From positions 51,274,001 to 51,338,000 of the forward strand of contig NC_043008.1 in NCBI RefSeq assembly GCF_006345805.1: a DNA stretch of 64,000 nt. The letters run 5' to 3'. The notes below the pieces were generated by a model. It saw nothing but the letters and a program-made list of their open reading frames with translations. It had not been told where the DNA came from and ran no database searches. This stretch comes from Octopus sinensis. Lineage: Eukaryota. A program made the position numbers and the translations under genes. This document shows, in pieces, positions 1-12,462 of the stretch (position 1 is the stretch's first letter; the number at the start of each line of letters is the position of its first letter).

Positions 1-3000
1 ACAACGATATATAATTAAGATGAACTATAGAATTAGAATTATATGTACATATAAAAAGACACAAGGCGTGAGGCTAAATTTCACAAGTCATAACAATAAT
101 ACTAATAGAGATAAAACAGGGCTAACTAAAAGATCAGATCAGTTGCAGATAGTTAAGTAGGTACACGGGTTGAAATTAAATATAGATTGCTTAGCTTGGA
201 TTCATATTTCGTATTTCGTATTTTCGTAGGGAGTCGGATACCAGTCTGAATTCAAGTGAGGCCGTTGAAATCAGTCGCTGGTTTATATGCATATAGGGTG
301 GCAGAGAAAGGGGGGGGGCGAATGGCGATCGAAAGAGATATAAGACAATTGAAGAGGAACGGGGGGGTCGTGGCCCACCAAGAATCGGCCGGCAGCCATT
401 TCTTCCTTCCTTGGGAGAGAAATAGTTATTAGTAGCTATAAATAAATACCTAAATTTTGCCTAACCTATGGGAGAAGCGTGGACGATAAGGAGCTATAAA
501 TTATAAATACATTTATTCTATATCTACGAGGCGTGAGACTGATCGATAAAATAAAATAAAATTAGGGGCAAGCTTTAAGATTAAATATATATTTAACACA
601 AGACATGAGACAACGATATATAATTAAGATGAACTATGGAATTAGAATTATATGTACATATAAAAAAGACACAAGGCGTGAGGCTAAATTTCACAAGTCA
701 TAACAATAATACTAATAGAGATAAAACAGGGCTAACTAAAAGATCAGATCAGTTGCAGATAGTTAAGTAGGTACACGGGTTGAAATTAAATATAGATTGC
801 TTAGCTTGGATTCATATTTCGTATTTCGTATTTTCGTAGGGAGTCGGATACCAGTCTGAATTCAAGTGAGGCCGTTGAAATCAGTCGCTGGTTTATATGC
901 ATATAGGGTGGCAGAGAAAGGGGGGGGGGCGAATGGCGATCGAAAGAGATATAAGACAATTGAAGAGGAACGGGGGGGTCGTGGCCCACCAAGAATCGGC
1001 CGGCAGCCATTTCTTCCTTCCTTGGGAGAGAAATAGTTATTAGTAGCTATAAATAAATACCTAAATTTTGCCTAACCTATGGGAGAAGCGTGGACGATAA
1101 GGAGCTATAAATTATAAATACATTTATTCTATATCTACGAGGCGTGAGACTGATCGATAAAATAAAATAAAATTAGGGGCAAGCTTTAAGATTAAATATA
1201 TATTTAACACAAGACATGAGACAACGATATATAATTAAGATGAACTATGGAATTAGAATTATATGTACATATAAAAAGACACAAGGCGTGAGGCTAAATT
1301 TCACAAGTCATAACAATAATACTAATAGAGATAAAACAGGGCTAACTAAAAGATCAGATCAGTTGCAGATAGTTAAGTAGGTACACGGGTTGAAATTAAA
1401 TATAGATTGCTTAGCTTGGATTCATATTTCGTATTTCGTATTTTCGTAGGGAGTCGGATACCAGTCTGAATTCAAGTGAGGCCGTTGAAATCAGTCGCTG
1501 GTTTATATGCATATAGGGTGGCAGAGAAAGGGGGGGGGGCGAATGGCGATCGAAAGAGATATAAGACAATTGAAGAGGAACGGGGGGGTCGTGGCCCACC
1601 AAGAATCGGCCGGCAGCCATTTCTTCCTTCCTTGGGAGAGAAATAGTTATTAGTAGCTATAAATAATACCTAAATTTTGCCTAACCTATGGGAGAAGCGT
1701 GGACGATAAGGAGCTATAAATTATAAATACATTTATTCTATATCTACGAGGCGTGAGACTGATCGATAAAATAAAATAAAATTAGGGGCAAGCTTTAAGA
1801 TTAAATATATATTTAACACAAGACATGAGACAACGATATATAATTAAGATGAACTATGGAATTAGAATTATATGTACATATAAAAAAGACACAAGGCGTG
1901 AGGCTAAATTTCACAAGTCATAACAATAATACTAATAGAGATAAAACAGGGCTAACTAAAAGATCAGATCAGTTGCAGATAGTTAAGTAGGTACACGGGT
2001 TGAAATTAAATATAGATTGCTTAGCTTGGATTCATATTTCGTATTTCGTATTTTCGTAGGGAGTCGGATACCAGTCTGAATTCAAGTGAGGCCGTTGAAA
2101 TCAGTCGCTGGTTTATATGCATATAGGGTGGCAAGAAAAGGGGGGGGGGGGAATGGCGATCGAAAGAGATATAAGACAATTGAAGAGGAACGGGGGGGTC
2201 GTGGCCCACCAAGAATCGGCCGGCAGCCATTTCTTCCTTCCTTGGGAGAGAAATAGTTATTAGTAGCTATAAATAAATACCTAAATTTTGCCTAACCTAT
2301 GGGAGAAGCGTGGACGATAAGGAGCTATAAATTATAAATACATTTATTCTATATCTACGAGGCGTGAGACTGATCGATAAAATAAAATAAAATTAGGGGC
2401 AAGCTTTAAGATTAAATATATATTTAACACAAGACATGAGACAACGATATATAATTAAGATGAACTATAGAATTAGAATTTATGTACATATAAAAAGACA
2501 CAAGGCGTGAGGCTAAATTTCACAAGTCATAACAATAATACTAATAGAGATAAAACAGGGCTAACTAAAAGATCAGATCAGTTGCAGATAGTTAAGTAGG
2601 TACACGGGTTGAAATTAAATATAGATTGCTTAGCTTGGATTCATATTTCGTATTTCGTATTTTCGTAGGGAGTCGGATACCAGTCTGAATTCAAGTGAGG
2701 CCGTTGAAATCAGTCGCTGGTTTATATGCATATAGGTGGCAGAGAAAGGGGGGGAGGGGGGGCGAATGGCGATCGAAAGAGATATAAGACAATTGAAGAG
2801 GAACGGGGGGGTCGTGGCCCACCAAGAATCGGCCGGCAGCCATTTCTTCCTTCCTTGGGAGAGAAATAGTTATTAGTAGCTATAAATAAATACCTAAATT
2901 TTGCCTAACCTATGGGAGAAGCGTGGACGATAAGGAGCTATAAATTATAAATACATTTATTCTATATCTACGAGGCGTGAGACTGATCGATAAAATAAAA

Positions 3001-6000
3001 TAAAATTAGGGGCAAGCTTTAAGATTAAATATATATTTAACACAAGACATGAGACAACGATATATAATTAAGATGAACTATGGAATTAGAATTATATGTA
3101 CATATAAAAAAGACACAAGGCGTGAGGCTAAATTTCACAAGTCATAACAATAATACTAATAGAGATAAAACAGGGCTAACTAAAAGATCAGATCAGTTGC
3201 AGATAGTTAAGTAGGTACACGGGTTGAAATTAAATATAGATTGCTTAGCTTGGATTCATATTTCGTATTTCGTATTTTCGTAGGGAGTCGGATACCAGTC
3301 TGAATTCAAGTGAGGCCGTTGAAATCAGTCGCTGGTTTATATGCATATAGGGTGGCAGAGAAAGGGGGGGGGGGGGGCGAATGGCGATCGAAGAGATATA
3401 AGACAATTGAAGAGGAACGGGGGGGGGGTCGTGGCCCACCAAGAATCGGCCGGCAGCCATTTCTTCCTTCCTTGGGAGAGAAATAGTTATTAGTAGCTAT
3501 AAATAAATACCTAAATTTTGCCTAACCTATGGGAGAAGCGTGGACGATAAGGAGCTATAAATTATAAATACATTTATTCTATATCTACGAGGCGTGAGAC
3601 TGATCGATAAAATAAAATAAAATTAGGGGCAAGCTTTAAGATTAAATATATATTTAACACAAGACATGAGACAACGATATATAATTAAGATGAACTATGG
3701 AATTAGAATTATATGTACATATAAAAAGACACAAGGCGTGAGGCTAAATTTCACAAGTCATAACAATAATACTAATAGAGATAAAACAGGGCTAACTAAA
3801 AGATCAGATCAGTTGCAGATAGTTAAGTAGGTACACGGGTTGAAATTAAATATAGATTGCTTAGCTTGGATTCATATTTCGTATTTCGTATTTTCGTAGG
3901 GAGTCGGATACCAGTCTGAATTCAAGTGAGGCCGTTGAAATCAGTCGCTGGTTTATATGCATATAGGGTGGCGAGAAAGGGGGGGGGGCGAATGGCGATC
4001 GAAAGAGATATAAGACAATTGAAGAGGAACGGGGGGGGGGGGGCCCCACCAAGAATCGGCCGGCAGCCATTTCTTCCTTCCTTGGGAGAGAAATAGTTAT
4101 TAGTAGCTATAAATAAATACCTAAATTTTGCCTAACCTATGGGAGAAGCGTGGACGATAAGGAGCTATAAATTATAAATACATTTATTCTATATCTACGA
4201 GGCGTAGACTGATCGATAAAATAAAATAAAATTAAAATTAGGGGCAAGCTTTAAGATTAAATATATATTTAACACAAGACATGAGACAACGATATATAAT
4301 TAAGATGAACTATGGAATTAGAATTATATGTACATATAAAAAAGACACAAGGCGTGAGGCTAAATTTCACAAGTCATAACAATAATACTAATAGAGATAA
4401 AACAGGGCTAACTAAAAGATCAGATCAGTTGCAGATAGTTAAGTAGGTACACGGGTTGAAATTAAATATAGATTGCTTAGCTTGGATTCATATTTCGTAT
4501 TTCGTATTTTCGTAGGGAGTCGGATACCAGTCTGAATTCAAGTGAGGCCGTTGAAATCAGTCGCTGGTTTATATGCATATAGGGTGGCAGAGAAAGGGGG
4601 GGGGGCGAATGGCGATCGAAAGAGATATAAGACAATTGAAGAGGAACGGGGGGTCGTGGCCCACCAAGAATCGGCCGGCAGCCATTTCTTCCTTCCTTGG
4701 GAGAGAAATAGTTATTAGTAGCTATAAATAAATACCTAAATTTTGCCTAACCTATGGGAGAAGCGTGGACGATAAGGAGCTATAAATTATAAATACATTT
4801 ATTCTATATCTACGAGGCGTGAGACTGATCGATAAAATAAAATAAAATTAGGGGCAAGCTTTAAGATTAATATATATTTAACACAAGACATGAACAACGA
4901 TATATAATTAAGATGAACTATGGAATTAGAATTATATGTACATATAAAAAGACACAAGGCGTGAGGCTAAATTTCACAAGTCATAACAATAATACTAATA
5001 GAGATAAAACAGGGCTAACTAAAAGATCAGATCAGTTGCAGATAGTTAAGTAGGTACACGGGTTGAAATTAAATATAGATTGCTTAGCTTGGATTCATAT
5101 TCGTATTTCGTATTTTCGTAGGGAGTCGGATACCAGTCTGAATTCAAGTGAGGCCGTTGAAATCAGTCGCTGGTTTATATGCATATAGGGTGCAGAGAAA
5201 GGGGGGCGGCGAATGGCGATCGAAAGAGATATAAGACAATTGAAGAGGAACGGGGGGTCGTGGCCCACCAAGAATCGGCCGGCAGCCATTTCTTCCTTCC
5301 TTCCTTGGGAGAGAAATAGTTATTAGTAGCTATAAATAAATACCTAAATTTTGCCTAACCTATGGGAGAAGCGTGGACGATAAGGAGCTATAAATTATAA
5401 ATACATTTATTCTATATCTACGAGGCGTGAGACTGATCGATAAAATAAAATAAAATTAGGGGCAAGCTTTAAGATTAAATATATATTTAACACAAGACAT
5501 GAGACAACGATATATAATTAAGATGAACTATAGAATTAGAATTATATGTACATATAAAAAGACACAAGGCGTGAGGCTAAATTTCACAAGTCATAACAAT
5601 AATACTAATAGAGATAAAACAGGGCTAACTAAAAGATCAGATCAGTTGCAGATAGTTAAGTAGGTACACGGGTTGAAATTAAATATAGATTGCTTAGCTT
5701 GGATTCATATTTCGTATTTCGTATTTTCGTAGGGAGTCGGATACCAGTCTGAATTCAAGTGAGGCCGTTGAAATCAGTCGCTGGTTTATATGCATATAGG
5801 GTGGCAGAGAAAGGGGGGGGGGGCGAATGGCGATCGAAAGAGATATAAGACAATTGAAGAGGAACGGGGGGGTCGTGGCCCACCAAGAATCGGCCGGCAG
5901 CCATTTCTTCCTTCCTTGGGAGAGAAATAGTTATTAGTAGCTATAAATAAATACCTAAATTTTGCCTAACCTATGGGAGAAGCGTGGACGATAAGGAGCT

Positions 6001-7120
6001 ATAAATTATAAATACATTTATTCTATATCTACGAGGCGTGAGACTGATCGATAAAATAAAATAAAATTAGGGGCAAGCTTTAAGATTAAATATATATTTA
6101 ACACAAGACATGAGACAACGATATATAATTAAGATGAACTATGGAATTAGAATATATGTACATATAAAAAGACACAAGGCGTGAGGCTAAATTTCACAAG
6201 TCATAACAATAATACTAATAGAGATAAAACAGGGCTAACTAAAAGATCAGATCAGTTGCAGATAGTTAAGTAGGTACACGGGTTGAAATTAAATATAGAT
6301 TGCTTAGCTTGGATTCATATTTCGTATTTCGTATTTTCGTAGGGAGTCGGATACCAGTCTGAATTCAAGTGAGGCCGTTGAAATCAGTCGCTGGTTTATA
6401 TGCATATAGGGTGGCAGAGAAAGGGGGGGGGGCGAATGGCGATCGAAAGAGATATAAGACAATTGAAGAGGAACGGGGGGGTCGTGGCCCACCAAGAATC
6501 GGCCGGCAGCCATTTCTTCCTTCCTTGGGAGAGAAATAGTTATTAGTAGCTATAAATAAATACCTAAATTTTGCCTAACCTATGGGAGAAGCGTGGACGA
6601 TAAGGAGCTATAAATTATAAATACATTTATTCTATATCTACGAGGCGTAAGACTGATCGATAAAATAAAATAAAATTAGGGGCAAGCTTTAAGATTAAAT
6701 ATATATTTAACACAAGACATGAGACAACGATATATAATTAAGATGAACTATGGAATTAGAATTATATGTACATATAAAAAAGACACAAGGCGTGAGGCTA
6801 AATTTCACAAGTCATAACAATAATACTAATAGAGATAAAACAGGGCTAACTAAAAGATCAGATCAGTTGCAGATAGTTAAGTAGGTACACGGGTTGAAAT
6901 TAAATATAGATTGCTTAGCTTGGATTCATATTTCGTATTTCGTATTTTCGTAGGGAGTCGGATACCAGTCTGAATTCAAGTGAGGCCGTTGAAATCAGTC
7001 GCTGGTTTATATGCATATAGGGTGGCAGAGAAAGGGGGGGGGGGCGAATGGCGATCGAAAGAGATATAAGACAATTGAAGAGGAACGGGGGGGTCGTGGC
7101 CCACCAAGAATCGGCCGGCA

Positions 7121-7124
<4 letters not shown>
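1..7124 (-). repeat. Tandem array of ~610-bp units (11 full + 1 partial, continues past the window start); LTR/TRIM-like satellite
   Basis: Unit ACAACGATAT recurs at 1, 611, 1221, 1830, 2441, 3054, 3671, ~4286, ~4895, ~5505, ~6115, 6724. Differences are mostly in G homopolymers. The array ends at GGCAGCCA (7124) against (TA)n. Tandem nature is certain; LTR origin is inference. Confidence 0.95.
6513..6526 (-). other. Polypurine-tract-like motif AAGGAAGGAAGAAA immediately 5' of each internal unit's TG start (one example given)
   Basis: Plus strand TTTCTTCCTTCCTT follows every internal GGCAGCCA (also 399-412) but is absent after the terminal copy at 7124. Confidence 0.5.
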
Positions 7125-7166
<42 letters not shown>

Positions 7167-7460
7167 TTTACTTGTTTCAGGTACTGGATGGCAGCCATGC
7201 TAGGGCTCTGTCTTGAGAAATTCTATCATTCTTTTTTGTCAAACCACTAAGTCTATAATGTTTTTTTTAACACTATACACCTCTAAAGCGATCACTCCCA
7301 GATGAAATACCAGCAACAACTGTTCAACAAGACACATGCATTAAGTATGTAATATTGGTAACGCTTGCATTAAAAGAGTTGCTTCTAACACAAAATTTGT
7401 ATTTTATAAATACATATATACATACATACATATATACATACATACATATATATATATATA

Positions 7461-7495
<35 letters not shown>

Positions 7496-7588
7496 GTAAA
7501 TTTAAACAATGGTCTTTTACATACTGAACACTGCTTGGTAAAATTATTAATTACAAATTAATTAATTTATTGACTATATATTATCATT

Positions 7589-7646
<58 letters not shown>

Positions 7647-7948
7647 TATGTGATGTGTGTGTGTGGATGTTATATATATATATATATGGAGAGAGAGAGT
7701 GATACAATTATAGGGAGTCACAGAGCTTCAAGTTTCGGTGTCAATAAATTAAGTACCAGTTGTGTACTGGAGTCGATCTAATTGACTGGCCCCCTCCCTC
7801 AAAATTTCAGGCCATGTGCCAAGAGTAGAAAAAAAAAAATATATATATATATACACACACATGTATGAGTGTATCTATGTGTATGTGTGTTTGTGCGTCC
7901 GTGTGTGTACCTGCGTGTGTGTGACACAGTGTGTGTATATTTGTGAGT

Positions 7949-8329
7949 GGAGGCGCAATGGCCCAGTGGTTAGGGCAGCGGACTCGCAGTCGTAGGATCG
8001 CGGTTTCGATTCCCAGACCGGGCGTTGTGAGTGTTTATTGAGCGAAAACACCTAAAGCTCCACGAGGCTCCGGCAGGGGATGGTGGTGATCCCTGCTGTA
8101 CTCTTTCACCACAACTTTCTCTCACTCTTACTTCCTGTTTCTGTTGTACCTGTATTTCAAGGGGCCGGCCTTGTCACTCTCTGTGTCACGCTGAATATCC
8201 CCGAGAACTACGTTAAGGGTACACGTGTCTGTGGAGTGCTCAGCCACTTACACGTTAATTTCACGAGTAGGCTGTTCCGTTGATCGGATCAACCGGAACC
8301 CTCATCGTCGTAACCGATGGAGTGCTTCC
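7949..8329 (+). mobile_element. Full-length tRNA-derived SINE (family A head, tail type 1)
   Basis: A box TGGCCCAGTGG, B box GGTTTCGATTCC; 12-bp TSD ATATTTGTGAGT at 7937-7948 and 8330-8341. Confidence 0.9.
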
Positions 8330-8859
8330 ATATTTGTGAGTCTGATTGTCTCTCAGTGGTGGATGTCACCATAACTTATCATCTAAGCAAGAGACTGACA
8401 AGAAAAAAATGATCATCCATGAAATAATACTAAAATCGATTTCATTTAACAGAGATACTGCAAGGTGGTGCTCCAGCATGGTCGTGTTCTAATATCTGAA
8501 ACGAAATGCAACACAGAATGTTGCACTTGGTTGCATATGGAACATGAAGTCTTTGGCATAACCTTGATGCCAGATATTTTACATTCTTAAAGACAGAACT
8601 ACAATGGGTTAACCTGAATGTCTCATTCTTTGAAAGAAGCATTCAAAGATTGAATGCAAAAATCTTTGAATGTTTCAAAGATTCCATTATTTCAGTAGTT
8701 CGGTAAATTATGTGTGGAAATTTCTGCAAGAATTCTACATTTGTCTGGAGTTATTGTTGTCTAAAAGAGAGACAAAGGAATCAGGTTCTGTTGAATGAGT
8801 TCCAAATAAAGAATGAATGTAGAATAAATACATACACATATAGAAATGTAGAATAAAAG

Positions 8860-9310
8860 TCAAGACAGATGCATGCATTCACACATGCACACACGATATA
8901 CTTACAAACGTACATGCACAAGCACACACACACCACACACACACACAAGTACACACACACAAGTACACACATACACAAACAAGCACACACACACACACAC
9001 ACACACATACATACAAGTACACACATACACACACACAAGTACACACATACACAAACAAGCACACACACACACACCACATAGACTCACAGAACTACACACA
9101 CTTTCACATGCATTTACACACACAAATGCACACATACAAACAACACACACACACACTACACACATGTATAAACATACAGATATATGTAGACAAACTCATG
9201 TACTTACACATACACTCATACATACACATATAGAAATATGCATAAACACATCATCCATGTATATATACACACTTACATATATGTACTAGAGTATGTGTGT
9301 GTGTGTGCGT
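8860..9310. repeat. Compound (CA)n/(TA)n/(TG)n microsatellite
   Basis: Direct reading; source of His/Thr and Val/Cys ORFs. Confidence 0.95.
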
Positions 9311-9694
9311 GTTCATAATGCATACATAGATCCACATTCGAAACACGCATTGAGTCGAACCAGGGGCAGCTGATGAAGGGGAATTTTCCTTGTATTGTTT
9401 GTCCTGTACTCTGTTTTTCTGTTGTTTAAAAAAAGTCCGTTTCCTTGTTTGATTTTATGTTCTCGTCTCTCATTGTGTTCTACATTTATTTGTGGTGTCC
9501 TGTACTCATATATATATATTTATATATATATGCATGTATATATATATATAGATGTAGGTATGTACATATATGTATGTATATATGCATATATTTTATTTAT
9601 TTATTATATTATTGTATGACCGGACGCACGCGTTATTTCTCTTCTCCAAGTAAGTTTTTATTTATACATATATATATATATATATATATGTGCA

Positions 9695-9738
<44 letters not shown>

Positions 9739-10139
9739 GGTGCACAAAAATACATATACTGGAAAATATGAGATGAATGTAATATTGTTAGCCAACAGTT
9801 TCTAACAGCTACGCTGTAGAACATAAACAAATATAATAATATTACTTCCCCTTGCCCCCCACCACCTAAAAAAATTAAGGAGATTGTTCTGACATACTCC
9901 ATAACTAGGTGACCCCTAATTAGAGGATAAGCACACATTACCCCTATTCTTCTGAAGAGAACTTAGCAGTAGTCATTATTTTAAACAAATACAAACTAAA
10001 AGTTATCTGAAATGGCCAAACCAATCTGCATATTGTAAATTAGTTGCCAGAATATTTAAACAATTAATGTATATTTAAAGCACATATGACATGTATGGGA
10101 AGATATATGATAGAGTTAATATAATTATCCTATACACTT

Positions 10140-10526
10140 TACTCTTTTACTTGCTTCAGTCATTTGGCTGCGACCATGCTGGAGCACCACCTTTAATCGA
10201 GCAACTCGACCCCAGGACTTATTCTTTTGTAAGCCCAGTACTTATTCTATCAGTCTCTTTTGCCAAACCACTAAGTAACGGGGATATAAACACACCAGTA
10301 TCGGTTGTCAAGCGATGTTGGAGGGACAAACACAGACACACAAACATATATATATATATACATATATACGACGGGCTTCTTTCAGTTTCTGTCTACCACT
10401 CACAAGGCTTTGGTCGGCCCAGGGCTATAGTAGAAGACACTTGCCCAAGGTTCCACACAGTGGGACTGAACCCGAAACCATGTGGTTGGTAAACAAGCTA
10501 CTTACCACACAGCCACTCCTGCGCCT
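10140..10526 (-). mobile_element. SINE family B (head AGGCGCAGGAGTGGCTGTGTGG, internal microsatellite)
   Basis: Reverse complement matches the copy at 19657-20051 end to end. Confidence 0.9.
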
Positions 10527-10684
10527 AAGAATTATAAACTATAGGTTTATGGTTTATAATTCTTTATAAAAATTAAACATGTATAATACATCTTGTTTTG
10601 TTATACTTCATAGCTAGTTAGCCTTTAATAAGATAAGCTTGTATTAGAAAATATAAAATGAATTTGATATAATTAGCATATAGT

Positions 10685-10941
10685 TTCGGGCCGGTAGCAC
10701 ATAAAAAGCACCATCTGATCATGGCCGTTTGCCAGCCTCCTCTGGCACCTGTGCAGGTGGCACGTAAAAAGCACCCACTACACTCTCGGAGTGGTTGGCG
10801 TTAGGAAGGGCATCCAGCCGTAGAAACACTGCCAGATCAGACTGGACCTGGCACAGCCTTCTGGCTTCCCAGACCCCAGTTGAACTGTCCAACCCATGCT
10901 AGCATGGAAAATGGATGTTAAATGATGATGATGATGATGAT
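10685..10941 (+). mobile_element. SINE-like family D (GTGGCACGTAAAAAGCACC core, (GAT)n tail)
   Basis: Shared core and 3' end CCATGCTAGCATGGAAAA..GTTAAATGATGATGAT with many other copies. Confidence 0.85.
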
Positions 10942-11029
10942 GTGGTGTACAGTAAACAAATGGAAATACATTTTTCTGTTTCCTGGGTATGATTTTTAGC
11001 TGCATTCAGTATCAGGGTCCTAGTTTGGG

Positions 11030-11160
11030 AGATCTAAGGCTTTGAGGATCATGGAATTATCTCTTAGCCACATTTGTTCCCAGGTCTTCTCTGGCCTGGA
11101 GTCGTAGCACCTGTCAGGATTCCAGCTGTGGGTTAATTAGCCTGCTAGGGCTTTCCTACC
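11030..11160. mobile_element. Fragment of an old interspersed repeat (second copy inverted at ~35980-36130)
   Basis: CCAGCTGTGGGTTAAT here and its reverse complement ATTAACCCACAGCTGG at ~36001, with similar flanks; class not determined. Confidence 0.4.
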
Positions 11161-11519
11161 TATGCATGTGAAGACTGGATCCTGCAGACTCTGCAGAAGA
11201 AAACTGATGGTTCCATGGAGGGAAAGGCAGCTGCAGCAGTGCATTGCCAAATGGAGAGAGTAAGATGAGGGGAGCAAGACATCTTGGTCTTCCTCCATCA
11301 GCATCTCCCTCCATCCTCAAGCCATCTTGAACTTGGTCTTACCACTGCATTGAAGACGGTTACAGATGAGAGGGTGAAATTGACGCTGCACAACTCTTCT
11401 TCACTTTAAAGAAAGTGCAAGTCATCAGTCATCATTAAGGGTAACAAGGCAGTCCTCATCACTTCAACGGTTGAACATGAAGATTTATAAACACATAACA
11501 TCAATGGAAATTGTAGCTG

Positions 11520-11907
11520 TGATACCATTGCCGGTGGCACATAAGAGAACCATCCGAAAATGGCTGTTGACAGCGTTGCCTCGAATGGCCTCCGTGCCGG
11601 TGGCACATAAAAAGCACCATCCGATTGTGGCTGTTGCCAGCCTCGTTTGGCCCCCGTGCCGGTGGCATGTAAAAAGCACCATCTGATCGTGGCCGTTTGC
11701 CAACCTCCTCTGGCACCTGTGCAGGTGGCACGTAAAAAGCACCCACTACACTCACGGAGTGGTTGGCGTTAGGAAGGGCATCCAGCTGTAGAAACACTGC
11801 CAGATCAGACTGGAGCCTGGTGCAGCCTGCTGGCTTCCCAGACCCCAGTTGAACCGTCCAACCCATGCTTGCATGGAAAACAGACGTTAAACGATGATGA
11901 TGATGAT
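11520..11907 (+). mobile_element. SINE-like family D with ~3 tandem ~60-bp subrepeats
   Basis: Repeated GCCGGTGGCAC(A/G)TAAAAAGCACCATC units followed by the standard (GAT)n tail. Confidence 0.85.
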
Positions 11908-11909
11908 GT

Positions 11910-12360
11910 GGATTTCCTATTCCATTGTGATTACCCAGGCGGCGTGCATAGCAGAATTTTGGAGGGAAAATTTACGATTCCAGTCATTACTTAGTTTTAA
12001 CATATGCACACCTCCCCCTACAATCTGATGGCGCTTGGTCAGAGGTGAAGGGTTGTGGCATTTGGTAAAACTATCGAATATGATGTTGACGAAGGAAATC
12101 AAGCAATTTCTAGCTTGTGATCTAGAAACATGTTCATCATTAACAGTAAGAGATTGTTCTCGTTTATTTGCTACTCCGATTTTGCGTGTGTGAATCGCAG
12201 GGTCTGTCGTATATGGAACCTCCACTTATAGAAAATGGAAAAAAACGGTCTTTGACTGCTATTTCTAATTCCTTCGGTATGCGGTGAAGTAGCCTGTTGC
12301 CAGCCCTTTTAATTATTTTTACTATATACTGAACTTTACAGAAGTTCATGATGCTGAAAT
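11910..12360 (-). pseudogene. Probable degenerate Tc1/mariner transposase catalytic-region relic
   Basis: Broken minus-strand frames read KLLDFLRQHHIR*FYQMPQPFTSDQAPSD, resembling the mariner MPQPPYSPDLAP(C/S)D motif; stops and frameshifts present. Confidence 0.4.
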
Positions 12361-12462
12361 CGTCATATTTACATACCGAAATTTACCAGTAAATAATTGT
12401 TGGTTGTACGAAAAACCACTGAAAAATTATTTACCATTTTTATTGTATATATATATATATAT

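Noticed and set aside
801-1010. 69-aa ORF MAAGRFLVG.. repeated in the array, with a strong Kozak context
   Set aside because: Frame is broken in several units by G-tract length changes, there is no recognisable domain, and the ATG arises from the PPT/TG junction.
1-7124. Array as 5S rDNA, snRNA, tRNA or CRISPR repeat
   Set aside because: No 5S, U1, U2 or U6 signature seen on either strand. The GCTTAGCTTGG A-box-like motif has no convincing B box or cloverleaf. There are no variable spacers and the context is eukaryotic.
1-7124. Hammerhead ribozyme in the array unit (retrozyme hypothesis)
   Set aside because: The closest match CTGATCGA has wrong spacing and no helix II-GAAA follows.
7190-7198. 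GGCAGCCAT repeated 70 bp after the array end
   Set aside because: It lies in a degenerate family B SINE tail (consensus GCGGCCATGCTG), so it is probably coincidental rather than a TSD.
8781-9289. Long His/Thr, Val/Cys, Tyr/Ile and poly-Met/Val ORFs here and at 14084-14937, 39096-39532, 44317-45025, 49072-49501, 58334-58737, 59937-61008
   Set aside because: Translations of di- and trinucleotide microsatellites, which lack stop codons by composition.
9365-9500. CTGATGA followed by a short hairpin AGGGGAATTTTCCTT
   Set aside because: No GAAA follows the stem; may be a decayed Penelope-like tail but not supportable as a ribozyme.
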